From Methanomassiliicoccus luminyensis B10 (GTDB lineage Archaea > Thermoplasmatota > Thermoplasmata > Methanomassiliicoccales > Methanomassiliicoccaceae): a stretch of 64,000 nt of DNA. The notes below the pieces were generated by a model. That model had not been told where the DNA came from, ran no database searches, and was given only the letters and a program-made list of their open reading frames with translations. A program made the position numbers and the translations under genes. Shown piece by piece: positions 1 to 9,327 of the stretch (positions are counted from its first letter, which is position 1; each line of letters opens with the position of its first letter). The DNA is taken from positions 504,894 to 568,893 of the forward strand of contig NZ_CAJE01000012.1 in assembly GCF_000308215.1 (NCBI RefSeq), written 5' to 3'.

Positions 1-82
1 GCACTTCATGCCTGCGGCGAGCGGGGAGGTTGGATAGATAGTTGTGCTTGGGATTCGCTGGCGATAGGTCCCCGAAAATGCC

Positions 83-499
83 TCATGGATCGATCCATGC
101 CACCAGCACTTCGCCGTAGGGCGCGCGAGTGCTGTCGCCGGTGAGCACGTGTCCGTCCAACGTCTCGATGCTCACCGTCAAAATGCCGAAGCCCTCATCG
201 ACCTTCTGGACAGCCGCCCCGGCATGCATGCTGTCGCTGTCCCGCTGTATGTTGTACGATGCCAGCCCGGTTCCCTTATATATGGCAGAATCGGCGCCGC
301 CGAGTGAAGCGATCCAGCTGCCGTCGTAGTTGATGACCACCTTGACCTGCATGATCTTGCTGTCGCCCCCATCGGACAACGTGACCGTATCGATGGCACA
401 AGCGGCGATGATGACCCAGGCTACCACCATCAATACAAGTGTAAGGATTGCCAAGCCTTTGGCTTTCCCCTTTGTAATATCCGGCTGCGTGTCGGTCAT
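83..499 (-). CDS. hypothetical membrane-anchored protein (N-terminal TM helix)
   Basis: 138-aa ORF with an N-terminal hydrophobic segment (LAILTLVLMVVAWVIIAACA) followed by a Gly/Ser/Thr-rich soluble region. No recognisable family. Confidence 0.4.
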   Translation of the reverse strand: MTDTQPDITKGKAKGLAILTLVLMVVAWVIIAACAIDTVTLSDGGDSKIMQVKVVINYDGSWIASLGGADSAIYKGTGLASYNIQRDSDSMHAGAAVQKVDEGFGILTVSIETLDGHVLTGDSTRAPYGEVLVAWIDP

Positions 500-658
500 T
501 GATGATGAAATAACTACTTGAATAAAAATAATTTATTGATTATGATGCCTGCAGAAATGCGCTGAGAAATAGATGCATATCCATTGGGTTCGCCGGGGAG
601 ACGTCGGCGATGCTGTTTTGTTATATATTCACAGGATGATGTCGGCGGCGGGGGCGAC

Positions 659-1180
659 ATGAGCGCGTCGAGAGAGGATCGGGCATGGCGGGCGGTGCTG
701 GTCGTGGCGCTGGTAGTGATCGCGATACTGTCGGCCGCCATATGGCAGGACATCGCGCAGGCCAACGAGCCGATCGACGGGGACAACAAGAAGTACTCTC
801 CCCAGACGCTCCCGGCTGGCTCCAACAGCAACAGCGCCTCCAAGGTCGAGGTCCACGAGCTGCGGGGGATCGAGGCCGGAGATACTTTCCCCGTCGACCT
901 CACTGGGTACAACGTCCCGGAGGGGACGAAGCTCCTGGCCCTCAATGTCACGCTGACCAACAATCTCAGGGTCGACGACACGGTCTACAGCTTCCTGCTC
1001 ATCACCGACGACGGGGGCAGGCACTACCGCACCATCCTGGAGCCGGACAACGTCCCCGCGACCATTGGGAGCAATAGGACCTCTGCAACGTTCTGGCTAG
1101 TATATGAGGTGGACGAGGATGCCACGGCCGCTCAGCTGGAGTACGCCAAGCCATCCTTTGAGATCCTTGTCCCACTGTGA
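659..1180 (+). CDS. hypothetical membrane-anchored extracytoplasmic protein (DUF4352-like beta-sandwich?)
   Basis: ORF 584-1180 with an internal ATG at 659 preceding a signal-anchor (AVLVVALVVIAILSAAIW). Non-repetitive composition and plausible codon usage. Confidence 0.45.
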   Translation: MSASREDRAWRAVLVVALVVIAILSAAIWQDIAQANEPIDGDNKKYSPQTLPAGSNSNSASKVEVHELRGIEAGDTFPVDLTGYNVPEGTKLLALNVTLTNNLRVDDTVYSFLLITDDGGRHYRTILEPDNVPATIGSNRTSATFWLVYEVDEDATAAQLEYAKPSFEILVPL

Positions 1181-1348
1181 CCATGGCTTGTTGATCATCA
1201 AGGCCTCCGGATTTGAGAGCCCGCTCTCGGTAGATGCCTGCATCCCGGGCAGCTGCCGACCGAGGCAGCCGCTCGATGTCAGCACGTCCCTGCCGCCCAA
1301 GGCTCAAAGGTGCTCGGGTCCACCCCGGTCGCAATAGGGCTTAGCGCT

Positions 1349-1855
1349 TCACTGCTCCTCGGGAGGCTTGTCGCCTATCGTTATCGGGGTGGGGGTGTCG
1401 CAGAGGGCCTCGTCCTGCTCCAGCTCGTGGTCATGGTCGTCGTCGCCCTTCTTGGCGCCCGGGGGCAACGGTGGTTCCCTTCCCTGCTTCCGGAGATAGT
1501 CATGAATGGCCTCGTGCAGTGCGTCGGCCGCCAGGTTGGAGCAGTGCATCTTCTGCGGGGGCAGTCCGCCCAGCTCGCTCGCGACGTTCTGACGGGTTAT
1601 CTTAAGCCCCTCCTGGATGGTCTTGCCCCTCGCCAGCTCGGTGACCATGCTGCTGGTGGCGATGGCCGCGCCGCAGCCGAAGGTCTTGAACTTGACATCG
1701 GTCAGAATGTCGTCCTTGACCTTGATGTAGATCCACATTAAGTCGCCACAGATCGGGTTCCCTACTTCGCCTATCCCGTCGGCGTCCGGTATCTCTCCTA
1801 CATTGCGCGGGTTGGTGAAGTGGTCCATCACCTTCTCAGTGTACTGTGGGGACAT
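1349..1855 (-). CDS. iscU: Fe-S cluster assembly scaffold protein IscU/NifU-like, with acidic C-terminal extension
   Basis: N-terminal NifU/IscU motifs (GDLMWIYIKV, FKTFGCGAAIATSS, MHCSNLAADAL). Overlaps the upstream cysteine desulfurase gene by 20 nt, consistent with an operon. Confidence 0.85.
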   Translation of the reverse strand: MSPQYTEKVMDHFTNPRNVGEIPDADGIGEVGNPICGDLMWIYIKVKDDILTDVKFKTFGCGAAIATSSMVTELARGKTIQEGLKITRQNVASELGGLPPQKMHCSNLAADALHEAIHDYLRKQGREPPLPPGAKKGDDDHDHELEQDEALCDTPTPITIGDKPPEEQ

Positions 1856-3032
1856 TGTATTTCACCTCGTCAGACAGTGGGGACATCTTCCTCAGGTTCG
1901 CGATGATGGGCGGGAGGACCTTGATGAACTCCTCCGCCTCTTCCATCGTGTTGAATTTTGATAGGGACAGTCTCAGGGAGCCGTGGCACTGCTCGTGCCT
2001 CAGGCCCAGCGCTCTCAGCACGTGGGACGGCTCCAGGCTCTTCGTCGAGCAGGCGGAGCCAGTCGACGCCGCCACGCCCTTCATGTCGAGGTGCAGGATC
2101 ATCCCCTCGCCCTCGATGTAATCGAAGCGGAAGTGAGCGTTGTTGCACAGCCTCTTGCCGCTCTCGGGCCTCGGCCCGTTCAGGTACGATCGCGGCACCG
2201 CGGCCAGCACACCCTCGATCAGGCGGTCCCTGATCTTGATCATCTTGGCCACGCTCTCGTCCATCTCGTTCATCCCGATCTCGATGGCTTTTCCCATTCC
2301 CACGATGCCGGGGACGTTCTCGGTGGACGACCTGAGCCCGCGCTCGTGCCCGCCGCCATACACTATGGGGCGGAGCTTAACCCCCTTGCGGAGGTAGAGG
2401 GCCCCCACGCCCTTGGGGCCGTGGAACTTATGGGCCGACAGAGCCATGAGGTCGATGCCCAGCGCGTCGACGTTGACCGGCATCTTGGTGATGGCCTGGA
2501 CCGCGTCGGTGTGGAATATCGCGCCGCCCTCGTGGGCGACCGCGGCCAGCTCCTTGAGCGGCTGGACGGACCCAATCTCGTTGTTGGCGGCCATGATGCT
2601 GACCAGGGTGGTCTCCTTGGTCATGGCGTTCTTGAGGCTTTCGACGGGCAGAAGGCCCTCGCTGTCCGCTGGTATGTAGGTGACCTTGAATCCCTGCTTC
2701 TCCAGGAACTGGCAGGTGTGCAGTACCGCGTGGTGCTCCACCGCGGAGGTGATTATGTGCTTGCCTTTGGCCGCATTGGCATAGGCGGCCCCCTGCAGGG
2801 CAAGGTTGTCCGATTCCGTTCCCCCGGACGTGAATATGACGTCCCGGGGCTGGGAGCCGATGGCCTTGGCCACCTCCTCCCTGGCCGCTTCCATGCCGTC
2901 GTAGGCCTCATGGCCGAACGAATGCAGCGAGGAAGGGTTGCCGTACTTCTCCAAGAAGTAGGGCATCATGGCCTCGATCACCCGATCGTCGACCTTGGTA
3001 GTGGCGCTGTTGTCAAAGTAGATCCTGTCCAT
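1836..3032 (-). CDS. iscS: cysteine desulfurase (NifS/IscS, class V aminotransferase)
   Basis: 398-aa ORF with a PLP-lysine motif region (SAHKFHGPKGVGALY). The N-terminus (MDRIYFDNSATTKVD) is typical of NifS/IscS. Confidence 0.9.
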   Translation of the reverse strand: MDRIYFDNSATTKVDDRVIEAMMPYFLEKYGNPSSLHSFGHEAYDGMEAAREEVAKAIGSQPRDVIFTSGGTESDNLALQGAAYANAAKGKHIITSAVEHHAVLHTCQFLEKQGFKVTYIPADSEGLLPVESLKNAMTKETTLVSIMAANNEIGSVQPLKELAAVAHEGGAIFHTDAVQAITKMPVNVDALGIDLMALSAHKFHGPKGVGALYLRKGVKLRPIVYGGGHERGLRSSTENVPGIVGMGKAIEIGMNEMDESVAKMIKIRDRLIEGVLAAVPRSYLNGPRPESGKRLCNNAHFRFDYIEGEGMILHLDMKGVAASTGSACSTKSLEPSHVLRALGLRHEQCHGSLRLSLSKFNTMEEAEEFIKVLPPIIANLRKMSPLSDEVKYNVPTVH

Positions 3033-3236
3033 CAGTTCGCCTCAGAGCGCATATTTTCTTGCATTATTTTAAACTTCACGATTGTGAAACGATTTCTTGG
3101 AAGAGTAATGGCCCGCCGCGCGGGCGCACGATACATCCAATAGGCGCTTCAGAGCTTATAATTCATTGGGAGGGTCCGCTTTTTCCCGTTTTTCCCAAAC
3201 CTGATATACGAGATAGCCGAATCCCAGGTCGTTCCC

Positions 3237-4448
3237 ATGGATGCTGAGAGGCTGCGCGAGGACTTTCCCATATACTCGTCCCAGGATAGGGACATCATCT
3301 ACCTGGACAACGCGTGCCAGACCTTCCGCCCCCGCCAGGTCATCGAGGCTATGAACAGCTATTATGCCGACTTCCCGGCCTGCGGCGGCCGCTCCGTCCA
3401 CCGCCTCGCCACGCTGGTATCCCTTAAGCTGGACGAGGCCCGCGAGAAGGTGGCCGGATTCATAGGCTGCTCCGACCCCGACCGCATCGTGTTCACCAAG
3501 AACTGCACCGAGGCGCTGAACCTGGTGGCCAAGGGCTACCCGTTCAAGAAGGGCGACGCCGTACTCACCACCGACATGGAGCACAACAGCAACCACGTCC
3601 CCTGGCTCCAGATGTCCGAGCGCGCCGAGCTGAGGCATCGCTATGTCGCGACCCCGTCGTCCGGCATCTTCGACGTCCAGGCATACCGCGGCGCGCTGAT
3701 GCCGGACGTCCGCATGGTCTCCATGGTCCACACCAACAATGTCACCGGGACCACCATCCCCGAGAAGGAGGTCATCGAGCTGGCGCACGAGCGCAACATC
3801 CCCGTGATGCTGGACGGCGCACAGTCGGTCCCGCACCGCAAGATCGACGTGGAGGCCCTGGATGTGGATCTGCTCACATTCTCCGTGCACAAGATGCTCG
3901 GCCCCGCCGGGGTGGGGGTGCTGTACGCCAAGGAGGGTATGCTGGAGAGGATCGAGCCGCTCATAGGGGGCGGGGGCGGCGTCGGAACCACGGACTACGG
4001 CAGCGCGGAGTTCCTTCCACCACCCGAAAAGTTCGAGTCCGGCCTCCAGAACTATTCCGGGATCATCGGCTCGGGGGCGGCGGTGCAGTACCTCGAGTCC
4101 ATCGGCATGGACGAGGTCAGGGAGCACGAGGCCCGGCTGAACACCCTGGTGACTGACGGACTCAAGGACATCGAGCAGGTCAGCATCCTCAAGCCCCTGG
4201 ACCCCCGCCTCCGCAGCGGGGTGTTCTCCTTCAACGTGCGGGGGATGAGCTCCCATGACGTGGCCATGATCATCGACGAGATGGCCAAGGTGCAGATGCG
4301 CTCCGGCATGCACTGCGTGCACCCGTTCTTCCTGTCCCGGAACATTGACGGGTGCGCTCGCGCCTCATTCTATGTCTACAACACCGAGGCGGAGTGCAAG
4401 AGGTTCGTGGAAGCGGTGAAGGAGATCGTGGACACCTTCTCGAGCTGA
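3237..4448 (+). CDS. cysteine desulfurase, SufS/CsdA-like class V aminotransferase
   Basis: 403-aa ORF with the IYLDNACQT N-terminal motif and a PLP Lys region (FSVHKMLGPAGVGVLY). Divergent from iscS-iscU. Confidence 0.8.
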   Translation: MDAERLREDFPIYSSQDRDIIYLDNACQTFRPRQVIEAMNSYYADFPACGGRSVHRLATLVSLKLDEAREKVAGFIGCSDPDRIVFTKNCTEALNLVAKGYPFKKGDAVLTTDMEHNSNHVPWLQMSERAELRHRYVATPSSGIFDVQAYRGALMPDVRMVSMVHTNNVTGTTIPEKEVIELAHERNIPVMLDGAQSVPHRKIDVEALDVDLLTFSVHKMLGPAGVGVLYAKEGMLERIEPLIGGGGGVGTTDYGSAEFLPPPEKFESGLQNYSGIIGSGAAVQYLESIGMDEVREHEARLNTLVTDGLKDIEQVSILKPLDPRLRSGVFSFNVRGMSSHDVAMIIDEMAKVQMRSGMHCVHPFFLSRNIDGCARASFYVYNTEAECKRFVEAVKEIVDTFSS

Positions 4449-4852
4449 ACCGTCACGAGCACTTTGCTGTCCACTATTCTGTTCTCCAGGCGCACGCTCT
4501 GCCCGTACCGCAGCTCCAGCGTTGCGGCGGCCTCGCCGTTGGAACACAAGAGCACGGGGGCGCTGCACTCCACCGCCGTCCTCTTCCCGTCGTGCATCGT
4601 CCATACCGAACCGTTGGCCACGATCAGGCTGTGCTCGGGGGTCGGCAGGAACCTCGACGCCTCGATCACCATGCTGGCTCCCTCCCCGCACCCCGGAAAA
4701 CGCTCCAGGAGCTCGCCGAGCTCAGTGGCACCGTCGATCGCGGCCCGGTCCGTGCTGGAATCGTCCAGCGAGGCGAAGGAGGCCATGATGACCGCCATCA
4801 CCGCCAACCCGCAAGCGGTCAGGGCCACCCGGGACCACAGGAACTCGATCAC
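4376..4852 (-). CDS. small membrane-anchored protein, third gene of pilin-like operon (GTG start)
   Basis: In-frame GTG at 4850-4852 overlaps the stop of the upstream gene (GTGA). It encodes a hydrophobic N-terminus (VIEFLWSRVALTACGLAVMAVIMA) followed by a soluble domain. The 3' end overlaps the convergent sufS-like gene by ~70 nt. Confidence 0.4.
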   Translation of the reverse strand: MIEFLWSRVALTACGLAVMAVIMASFASLDDSSTDRAAIDGATELGELLERFPGCGEGASMVIEASRFLPTPEHSLIVANGSVWTMHDGKRTAVECSAPVLLCSNGEAAATLELRYGQSVRLENRIVDSKVLVTVQLEKVSTISFTASTNLLHSASVL

Positions 4853-5328
4853 GCCGTCACCTCCATCAGGACCACCAGGCGGCTGTCGGAGCGGATGCAG
4901 GACAGCGTAACTTCGGTGATACCGGGACCGATGCTGATCTCGCCGCCCGGGGCGATGAGGTGCACCGGAGGATCGCTCATGTACTCGGTATGGAACACCG
5001 CGCCGTTGTACACGCAACGCACCCCTAAGGAGAATGAAATGCCTGTGGCACCGCCGACCTCGATCCGCCCGTCGCCGCGGGAGGCCGATGAGGATATCTC
5101 CACCGCCACGGTCCTGACGTTGCCCTCCCCGGCCACCAGGACCTCGGTGGCGGCTGCGGCAAGCTCCTCGGCGGAGGTCCGCATTGACGCCTTGGCCACC
5201 GATGCCTCGTAGCTGTCGAGGCTCCCTATCACGGCGGGGAGGGCGAGGGACACCATCAGGCTTATCAGCATCAGCTTCAGCGGAAGGCCTTCGATGCCCC
5301 TCTTGTTCCAATTCTTCATCCTTATCAC
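4849..5328 (-). CDS. archaeal type IV pilin-like protein (class III signal peptide-like N-terminus)
   Basis: 159 aa: MIRMKNWNKRG|IEGLPLKLMLISLMVSLALPAVIG, i.e. a basic stretch, Gly, then a hydrophobic helix, followed by a Thr/Gly/Ser-rich beta-rich domain. Overlaps the upstream gene by 4 nt. Confidence 0.55.
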   Translation of the reverse strand: MIRMKNWNKRGIEGLPLKLMLISLMVSLALPAVIGSLDSYEASVAKASMRTSAEELAAAATEVLVAGEGNVRTVAVEISSSASRGDGRIEVGGATGISFSLGVRCVYNGAVFHTEYMSDPPVHLIAPGGEISIGPGITEVTLSCIRSDSRLVVLMEVTA

Positions 5329-5801
5329 TCAGAGACGACCGGTATGGTCAAGCTGTTGTCGCTGCCCATGCCGCTCTTGGTGGCGGTGACGGTGATGAAC
5401 CCGACGGACTTACCGGTCTGCGAGGCCGTGAGCCCGGTGAAGGTCACCTTGCCCAGGCCGTCGGTGGTCCCATGCACCTGCTTGCCGTCCTTGAGCACGT
5501 TGCACCCGTCAAGCACCACGGTGGTGCCGGGCACGGCGTCCCCGTTCTGGTCCATGACCGTGATGGTCAGGCTCATGCCGGAGATGGTGTAGATCCCATC
5601 CTTGTCGCCATCGGCCAGCACTATCTCGGTCGGATTGGAATACACGGCGTCGATGGAGCTGGGGGCGCTCAGCCCGCCCATCCATCCCAATATCAGAGCG
5701 GTCCCCAGCCCCGCTATTACGACCATTATCATCAGCTGCAGGGGCAGTCCCTCGATCCCGGCCTTCTTGTCGTTCTTTATGCTCTTCTTGAACAGGCTCA
5801 T
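5325..5801 (-). CDS. archaeal type IV pilin-like protein (class III signal peptide-like N-terminus)
   Basis: Internal ATG (MSLFKKSIKNDKKAG|IEGLPLQLMIMVVIAGLG) within ORF 5325-6020. It shares the conserved GIEGLPL[KQ]LM motif with the downstream paralog and is Thr/Gly-rich. Confidence 0.55.
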   Translation of the reverse strand: MSLFKKSIKNDKKAGIEGLPLQLMIMVVIAGLGTALILGWMGGLSAPSSIDAVYSNPTEIVLADGDKDGIYTISGMSLTITVMDQNGDAVPGTTVVLDGCNVLKDGKQVHGTTDGLGKVTFTGLTASQTGKSVGFITVTATKSGMGSDNSLTIPVVSE

Positions 5802-5871
5802 GTTTCTCCCGGGGTCGGGGAGGGCCGGGTGGAGTATCAATGACCTGCGACTACAGTGAATATTCGGCCGG

Positions 5872-6432
5872 CTACGGGCTGTTGAGGACGATCTCTTCCA
5901 GGGTAGTATACTGGGGGCCACACCGGGTGAGCACGCTCTTCTTGAGCTGGATGCGGTCCACCCTCTGCTCGCCGAAGTCGTCTTCAGCGTGGTTCTCGAT
6001 GATCTGCCGCAGGGTGGCATTGGACGTCTCCACCTTGGCCCGGGCGACCGTGAGATGGGGCGCGAACGCCCTGGCCTCTCGGGAGAAGCCCAGTTCGGTC
6101 AGGCTTTCGTCCAGCCTACCGGCCATGGTGGCCATGGGCAGAGCGTCGTTCATCCCCACCCAGATCACTCTGATCCTGGATCTGCCGGGGAACGAGCTGA
6201 CGCCCTTGAACCTGATGGTGAAAGGGCCCACACCCTGGGCGGCGTCCCTCATGGCCTCGGCGAGGCGGGAGACCAGCTTCTCATCGGTGTCGCCCAGGAA
6301 CTTCAAGGTCACATGGATCTGCCCCGGGTCCACCACCTTAAGCGTTGGGTCAGCGTTCTTCAGCTCGGCGGCGAAGTCCTCGATCCTCTGCTCCCTGGCG
6401 AGGTCAACGGAGATGAAGGCCCTGATGGTCAT
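5872..6432 (-). CDS. thpR: RNA 2',3'-cyclic phosphodiesterase (2H phosphoesterase, LigT/ThpR)
   Basis: Two H-x-T-x motifs (HVTLKF and HLTVAR) within a ~185-aa protein. Confidence 0.8.
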   Translation of the reverse strand: MTIRAFISVDLAREQRIEDFAAELKNADPTLKVVDPGQIHVTLKFLGDTDEKLVSRLAEAMRDAAQGVGPFTIRFKGVSSFPGRSRIRVIWVGMNDALPMATMAGRLDESLTELGFSREARAFAPHLTVARAKVETSNATLRQIIENHAEDDFGEQRVDRIQLKKSVLTRCGPQYTTLEEIVLNSP

Positions 6433-6481
6433 CCATGGAGCATCTGCTCCGGTGAGGCATCAAGCTATCGACCGCACGCCG

Positions 6482-6952
6482 TCACCTGTTCGCCATCGTG
6501 CTGGCCGGGACCCCGACTCGGGTCAGCTCGGCCTGGGTCTTCCGGTACTTGTCAGCGAGCTCGTTGATCTCTTCCTGGGTGAAGTGGCCCGCTATGGCCC
6601 CGAAGGTGATGTCCTCCTCCGACTCCATATGCCTCTGGAAGAGGTCCCGGAGGAGCTGCAGCTTGGCCGTCCAGTGCTCGTGATCAAGGCCCTTGTACAG
6701 CAGGTCGTTGAGCACCGCCCTGGCCATATAGTGGTCCTCCTCGTTGCGGAGCCCGATCGAACGGTACACGCCCTGCAGCTGCTCTATCGCCGGGTATATG
6801 GAGTGCTCTTCCGCGCTCATGTGCGTGAGCGCCCTGACGATCAGGTCCCCCATGGTATCGACCCGATCGGCGGGATCGCTGCCGATCAGGCGTTCCGTCG
6901 CTTTCATTATCTCCTTGTGCTCCTTGCGGATCATCTCGAACAGGTCCATCAT
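6482..6952 (-). CDS. hemerythrin-like (HHE cation-binding) domain protein
   Basis: The likely start is the tandem ATG at 6950-6952, 4 nt downstream of a GGAGG RBS. The His/Glu-rich helical protein (EHxxI, HMxxEE, HEHW) is typical of hemerythrin-like proteins. Confidence 0.7.
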   Translation of the reverse strand: MMDLFEMIRKEHKEIMKATERLIGSDPADRVDTMGDLIVRALTHMSAEEHSIYPAIEQLQGVYRSIGLRNEEDHYMARAVLNDLLYKGLDHEHWTAKLQLLRDLFQRHMESEEDITFGAIAGHFTQEEINELADKYRKTQAELTRVGVPASTMANR

Positions 6953-7220
6953 CGGCCTCCTGACAGCGCCACACATGTCATTTCTGTCCCTAACGTACAA
7001 AATAATACCCCTGTCCGGCCGCCTCCGCAGGGCGCGCCGGGGACTGTTCGGGACGCCATGATGCAGTGCGGACGGCCCGCCCGCAACGGTAGTATATGGC
7101 CGTTGCGCGCACGCTCCCGGCGGACGGCGCCCGGGATCCGCCGCTCCGGCAACGGTTTCCGAGGCCAGGTCCATTTAATGGCGAAAGTCTAAATTATTAT
7201 GGCTTGATTAACAACATTGC

Positions 7221-8165
7221 ATGTTGTTCGATCTCATTATCATTGGGGCCGGGCCGGCAGGCCTCACCGCGGGCATCTACGCCAGGACCCGCAAGCTCAA
7301 CACTCTCATCATCGACGCGACCGTTCCCGGGGGGCAGCTGGCGAGCCTGTACCCGGAAAAGGCCATCGAGAACTACCCTGGACTGGTCCAGACAGAAGCG
7401 GGGGCGCTGTCCGGCAACCTGGTCAACCACGCCAAGAGCATGGGGTGCGAGCTCCGGGAACACGAGAGGGCCCTGGGGATCGAGAACGCAGGAGATCATC
7501 TGAGGGTGAGGACGGAGAAGGGCACCCACGAGACCAAGGCAGTGATCCTGGCCATCGGGATGGGGCTGTTCAAGCCCAGGAAGCTGGGGGCCAAGGGCGA
7601 GACGGAGTTCGAGGGCAAGGGGGTATATTACAAGATGCCGGAGAAGGAGACCTTGCTCGGCAAGGACGTGATCTTCGTGGGCGGCGGCAACTCCGCACTG
7701 GAGATGGCCCTGCTCGCCTGCGACAACTCAGGCGCATGCGTCGTGCATCGCCGGGACCTGTTCCGGGCCGACGAGGCCATCGTGGAGAGGGTCCACAGCT
7801 CCAACATAGAGACGATGATGACCTCGGAGGTCGTGGAGATCAGGGGCAAGGACCGCGTGGAGAGCGTAGTGATAAAACAAGGCGACAAGCTCATCGAGCG
7901 GAAGGCCGACGCGGTGGTGGTCAACATCGGCACCGCCAACGAGCCCGAGGACATGACCAGGTGGGGGGTGGAAGCGGAGGGCGGCCTCATAAAGGTGGAT
8001 ACCGACATGTGCACCTCCCGCAAGGGGGTGTTCGCCTGCGGGGACGCGGTGGCTTACCGGGGCAAGTACAAGCAGATCGTGGTGGCCTGCGGGGAGGCCG
8101 CCATAGCGTCCAACAGCGCCTACAAGTTCATCAAGGAGCCGTACTGGGCGGAGACCCACAAATAA
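7221..8165 (+). CDS. thioredoxin reductase-like FAD/NAD(P)-binding flavoprotein (ferredoxin-NADP reductase type, no CxxC redox motif seen)
   Basis: GxGxxG FAD motif (IIGAGPAGLTAG), a second NAD(P) motif (FVGGGNSALE) and a C-terminal FACGD motif. The canonical TrxB CATC dithiol was not found. Confidence 0.8.
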   Translation: MLFDLIIIGAGPAGLTAGIYARTRKLNTLIIDATVPGGQLASLYPEKAIENYPGLVQTEAGALSGNLVNHAKSMGCELREHERALGIENAGDHLRVRTEKGTHETKAVILAIGMGLFKPRKLGAKGETEFEGKGVYYKMPEKETLLGKDVIFVGGGNSALEMALLACDNSGACVVHRRDLFRADEAIVERVHSSNIETMMTSEVVEIRGKDRVESVVIKQGDKLIERKADAVVVNIGTANEPEDMTRWGVEAEGGLIKVDTDMCTSRKGVFACGDAVAYRGKYKQIVVACGEAAIASNSAYKFIKEPYWAETHK

Positions 8166-8171
8166 GGATTT

Positions 8172-8921
8172 TCAGGCATTGTACCCTCCGATGCGCCAGC
8201 GGAGGTACAGCACCACCGCGAAGACCAGGACCAGAGAGAACAGCAGGCCGAACAGGGAGGCCGACGAGCCCAGCCTGCCCTCGAAAAGCTCTCCGAACGA
8301 GGCGAACAGGTTGAACGATGCGTGCATGAGCACGGCGATGCCGAAGTAGGGCCACCAGCGCCCCCCGTAGACCTTGGCCCTTGCTACCCCGTACCCAGCG
8401 ATGGAGGAGGCCGATGCGTGCATGAGGGTGGACGAGAAGCTCCTGACAATGGCCACGGCGAGGAACGCGGAGTACCCTCCCTGGAACAGGGCGGTGCTCT
8501 CGTACAGGAAGTTCTCGGTGGCGGCGAAGCCCAGGCCGCTGGCGGCCCCGAACACCAGGCCGTTGCGCGGCCTCCAGATATAGCGGGAGGAGAACCGTAT
8601 CACCCCCAGCACCTTGGCGAGCTCCTCCACCAGGGGGGCGATGACGATGATCAGCAGGAACGTGGCGGTGCTGGGGTTCCGGACGAAGAACTCGTACTCC
8701 CGCAGGATAACGAAGTCCAGCAGGGTGGTGGCCACCAGCTCCAGGGCGGTGGCGAACACCGCCGCCACCACCGCCCCGAAGAGGTAGGTTGGGATTATGT
8801 GCTCCCACCGCTCCTTCCTCCCTCTCTCCCCGGAGCGGAGCCAAAGCAGCGCCAGCAGCGTCGGCACGAAGGCGGCGAAGAGCAGCACCAGAACTGCCGC
8901 CACGTTATCGAGGGGGGACAT
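8172..8921 (-). CDS. PrsW-family intramembrane metalloprotease
   Basis: Multi-TM protein with EELAK, FAATEN and HASFN motifs characteristic of PrsW/CPBP-type proteases. Confidence 0.75.
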   Translation of the reverse strand: MSPLDNVAAVLVLLFAAFVPTLLALLWLRSGERGRKERWEHIIPTYLFGAVVAAVFATALELVATTLLDFVILREYEFFVRNPSTATFLLIIVIAPLVEELAKVLGVIRFSSRYIWRPRNGLVFGAASGLGFAATENFLYESTALFQGGYSAFLAVAIVRSFSSTLMHASASSIAGYGVARAKVYGGRWWPYFGIAVLMHASFNLFASFGELFEGRLGSSASLFGLLFSLVLVFAVVLYLRWRIGGYNA

Positions 8922-9037
8922 GCAGGCGTTATTTCAGGCCTGAAGGTATATGAACGTGCCCGGAGCAGGCCGGGGACATGATGAAAATCAAAGAAGGGTG
9001 GAGCGAAGCTCCAGTTGGGTGTGGTCCGACGGAACGT

Positions 9038-9211
9038 TCAGTCCATCGAGATGGCGGAATTGGGGCACTCGTCAACGCAAGCGCCGCAGTCAACGCAGTC
9101 CTTCTCGTTGATGACCGCGATGTCGTTCTCGATCTTGATGGCCGACTGGGGGCAAACGTCCTCGCAGGCTCCGCATCCAACGCACTCTTCGTTCTTTACT
9201 TTCACTGCCAA
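9038..9211 (-). CDS. 2x[4Fe-4S] ferredoxin
   Basis: Two CxxCxxCxxxCP motifs (CVGCGACEDVCP and CVDCGACVDECP). The likely TTG/GTG start lies just after a GAGGTG RBS; the ORF was trimmed from 9038-9289. Confidence 0.75.
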   Translation of the reverse strand: MAVKVKNEECVGCGACEDVCPQSAIKIENDIAVINEKDCVDCGACVDECPNSAISMD

Positions 9212-9327
9212 ACTGAACACCTCGATTGTGGAAGTGCGAAACGAATGTTTGTATAAAAATCCTTTCACTGCGGCATCTACGTCCATCAATCAAAATAAAG
9301 AAAGAAAAGAGGTGAGGCGGGGGCGCC

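Noticed and set aside
520-600. GCUGAGA-containing segment upstream of ORF 659-1180, reminiscent of a THI-box
   Set aside because: The remaining conserved TPP-aptamer blocks are missing and the downstream gene is unrelated to thiamine.
1983-3143. Long ORFs antisense to real genes throughout the high-GC regions (e.g. 1983-3143+, 3156-4322-, 4376-5311-, 5840-7192+, 7217-8314+, 9412-10584+, 10952-11827-, 27952-29586-, 30881-31945-, 42924-44249+, 44304-45389+, 50882-52453+, 55035-57713+, 59821-60600-, 61022-62230-, 62314-63336-)
   Set aside because: Their translations are Arg/Pro/Gly/His-rich low-complexity sequences typical of stop-poor antisense frames in GC-rich DNA. Each overlaps a gene with clear conserved motifs on the other strand.
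8929-9180. 83-aa ORF 8929-9180 (-) and 111-aa ORF 9015-9350 (+) overlapping the ferredoxin gene
   Set aside because: They overlap the ferredoxin ORF, whose double CxxCxxCxxxCP motifs clearly define the real frame. Their translations are low-complexity.
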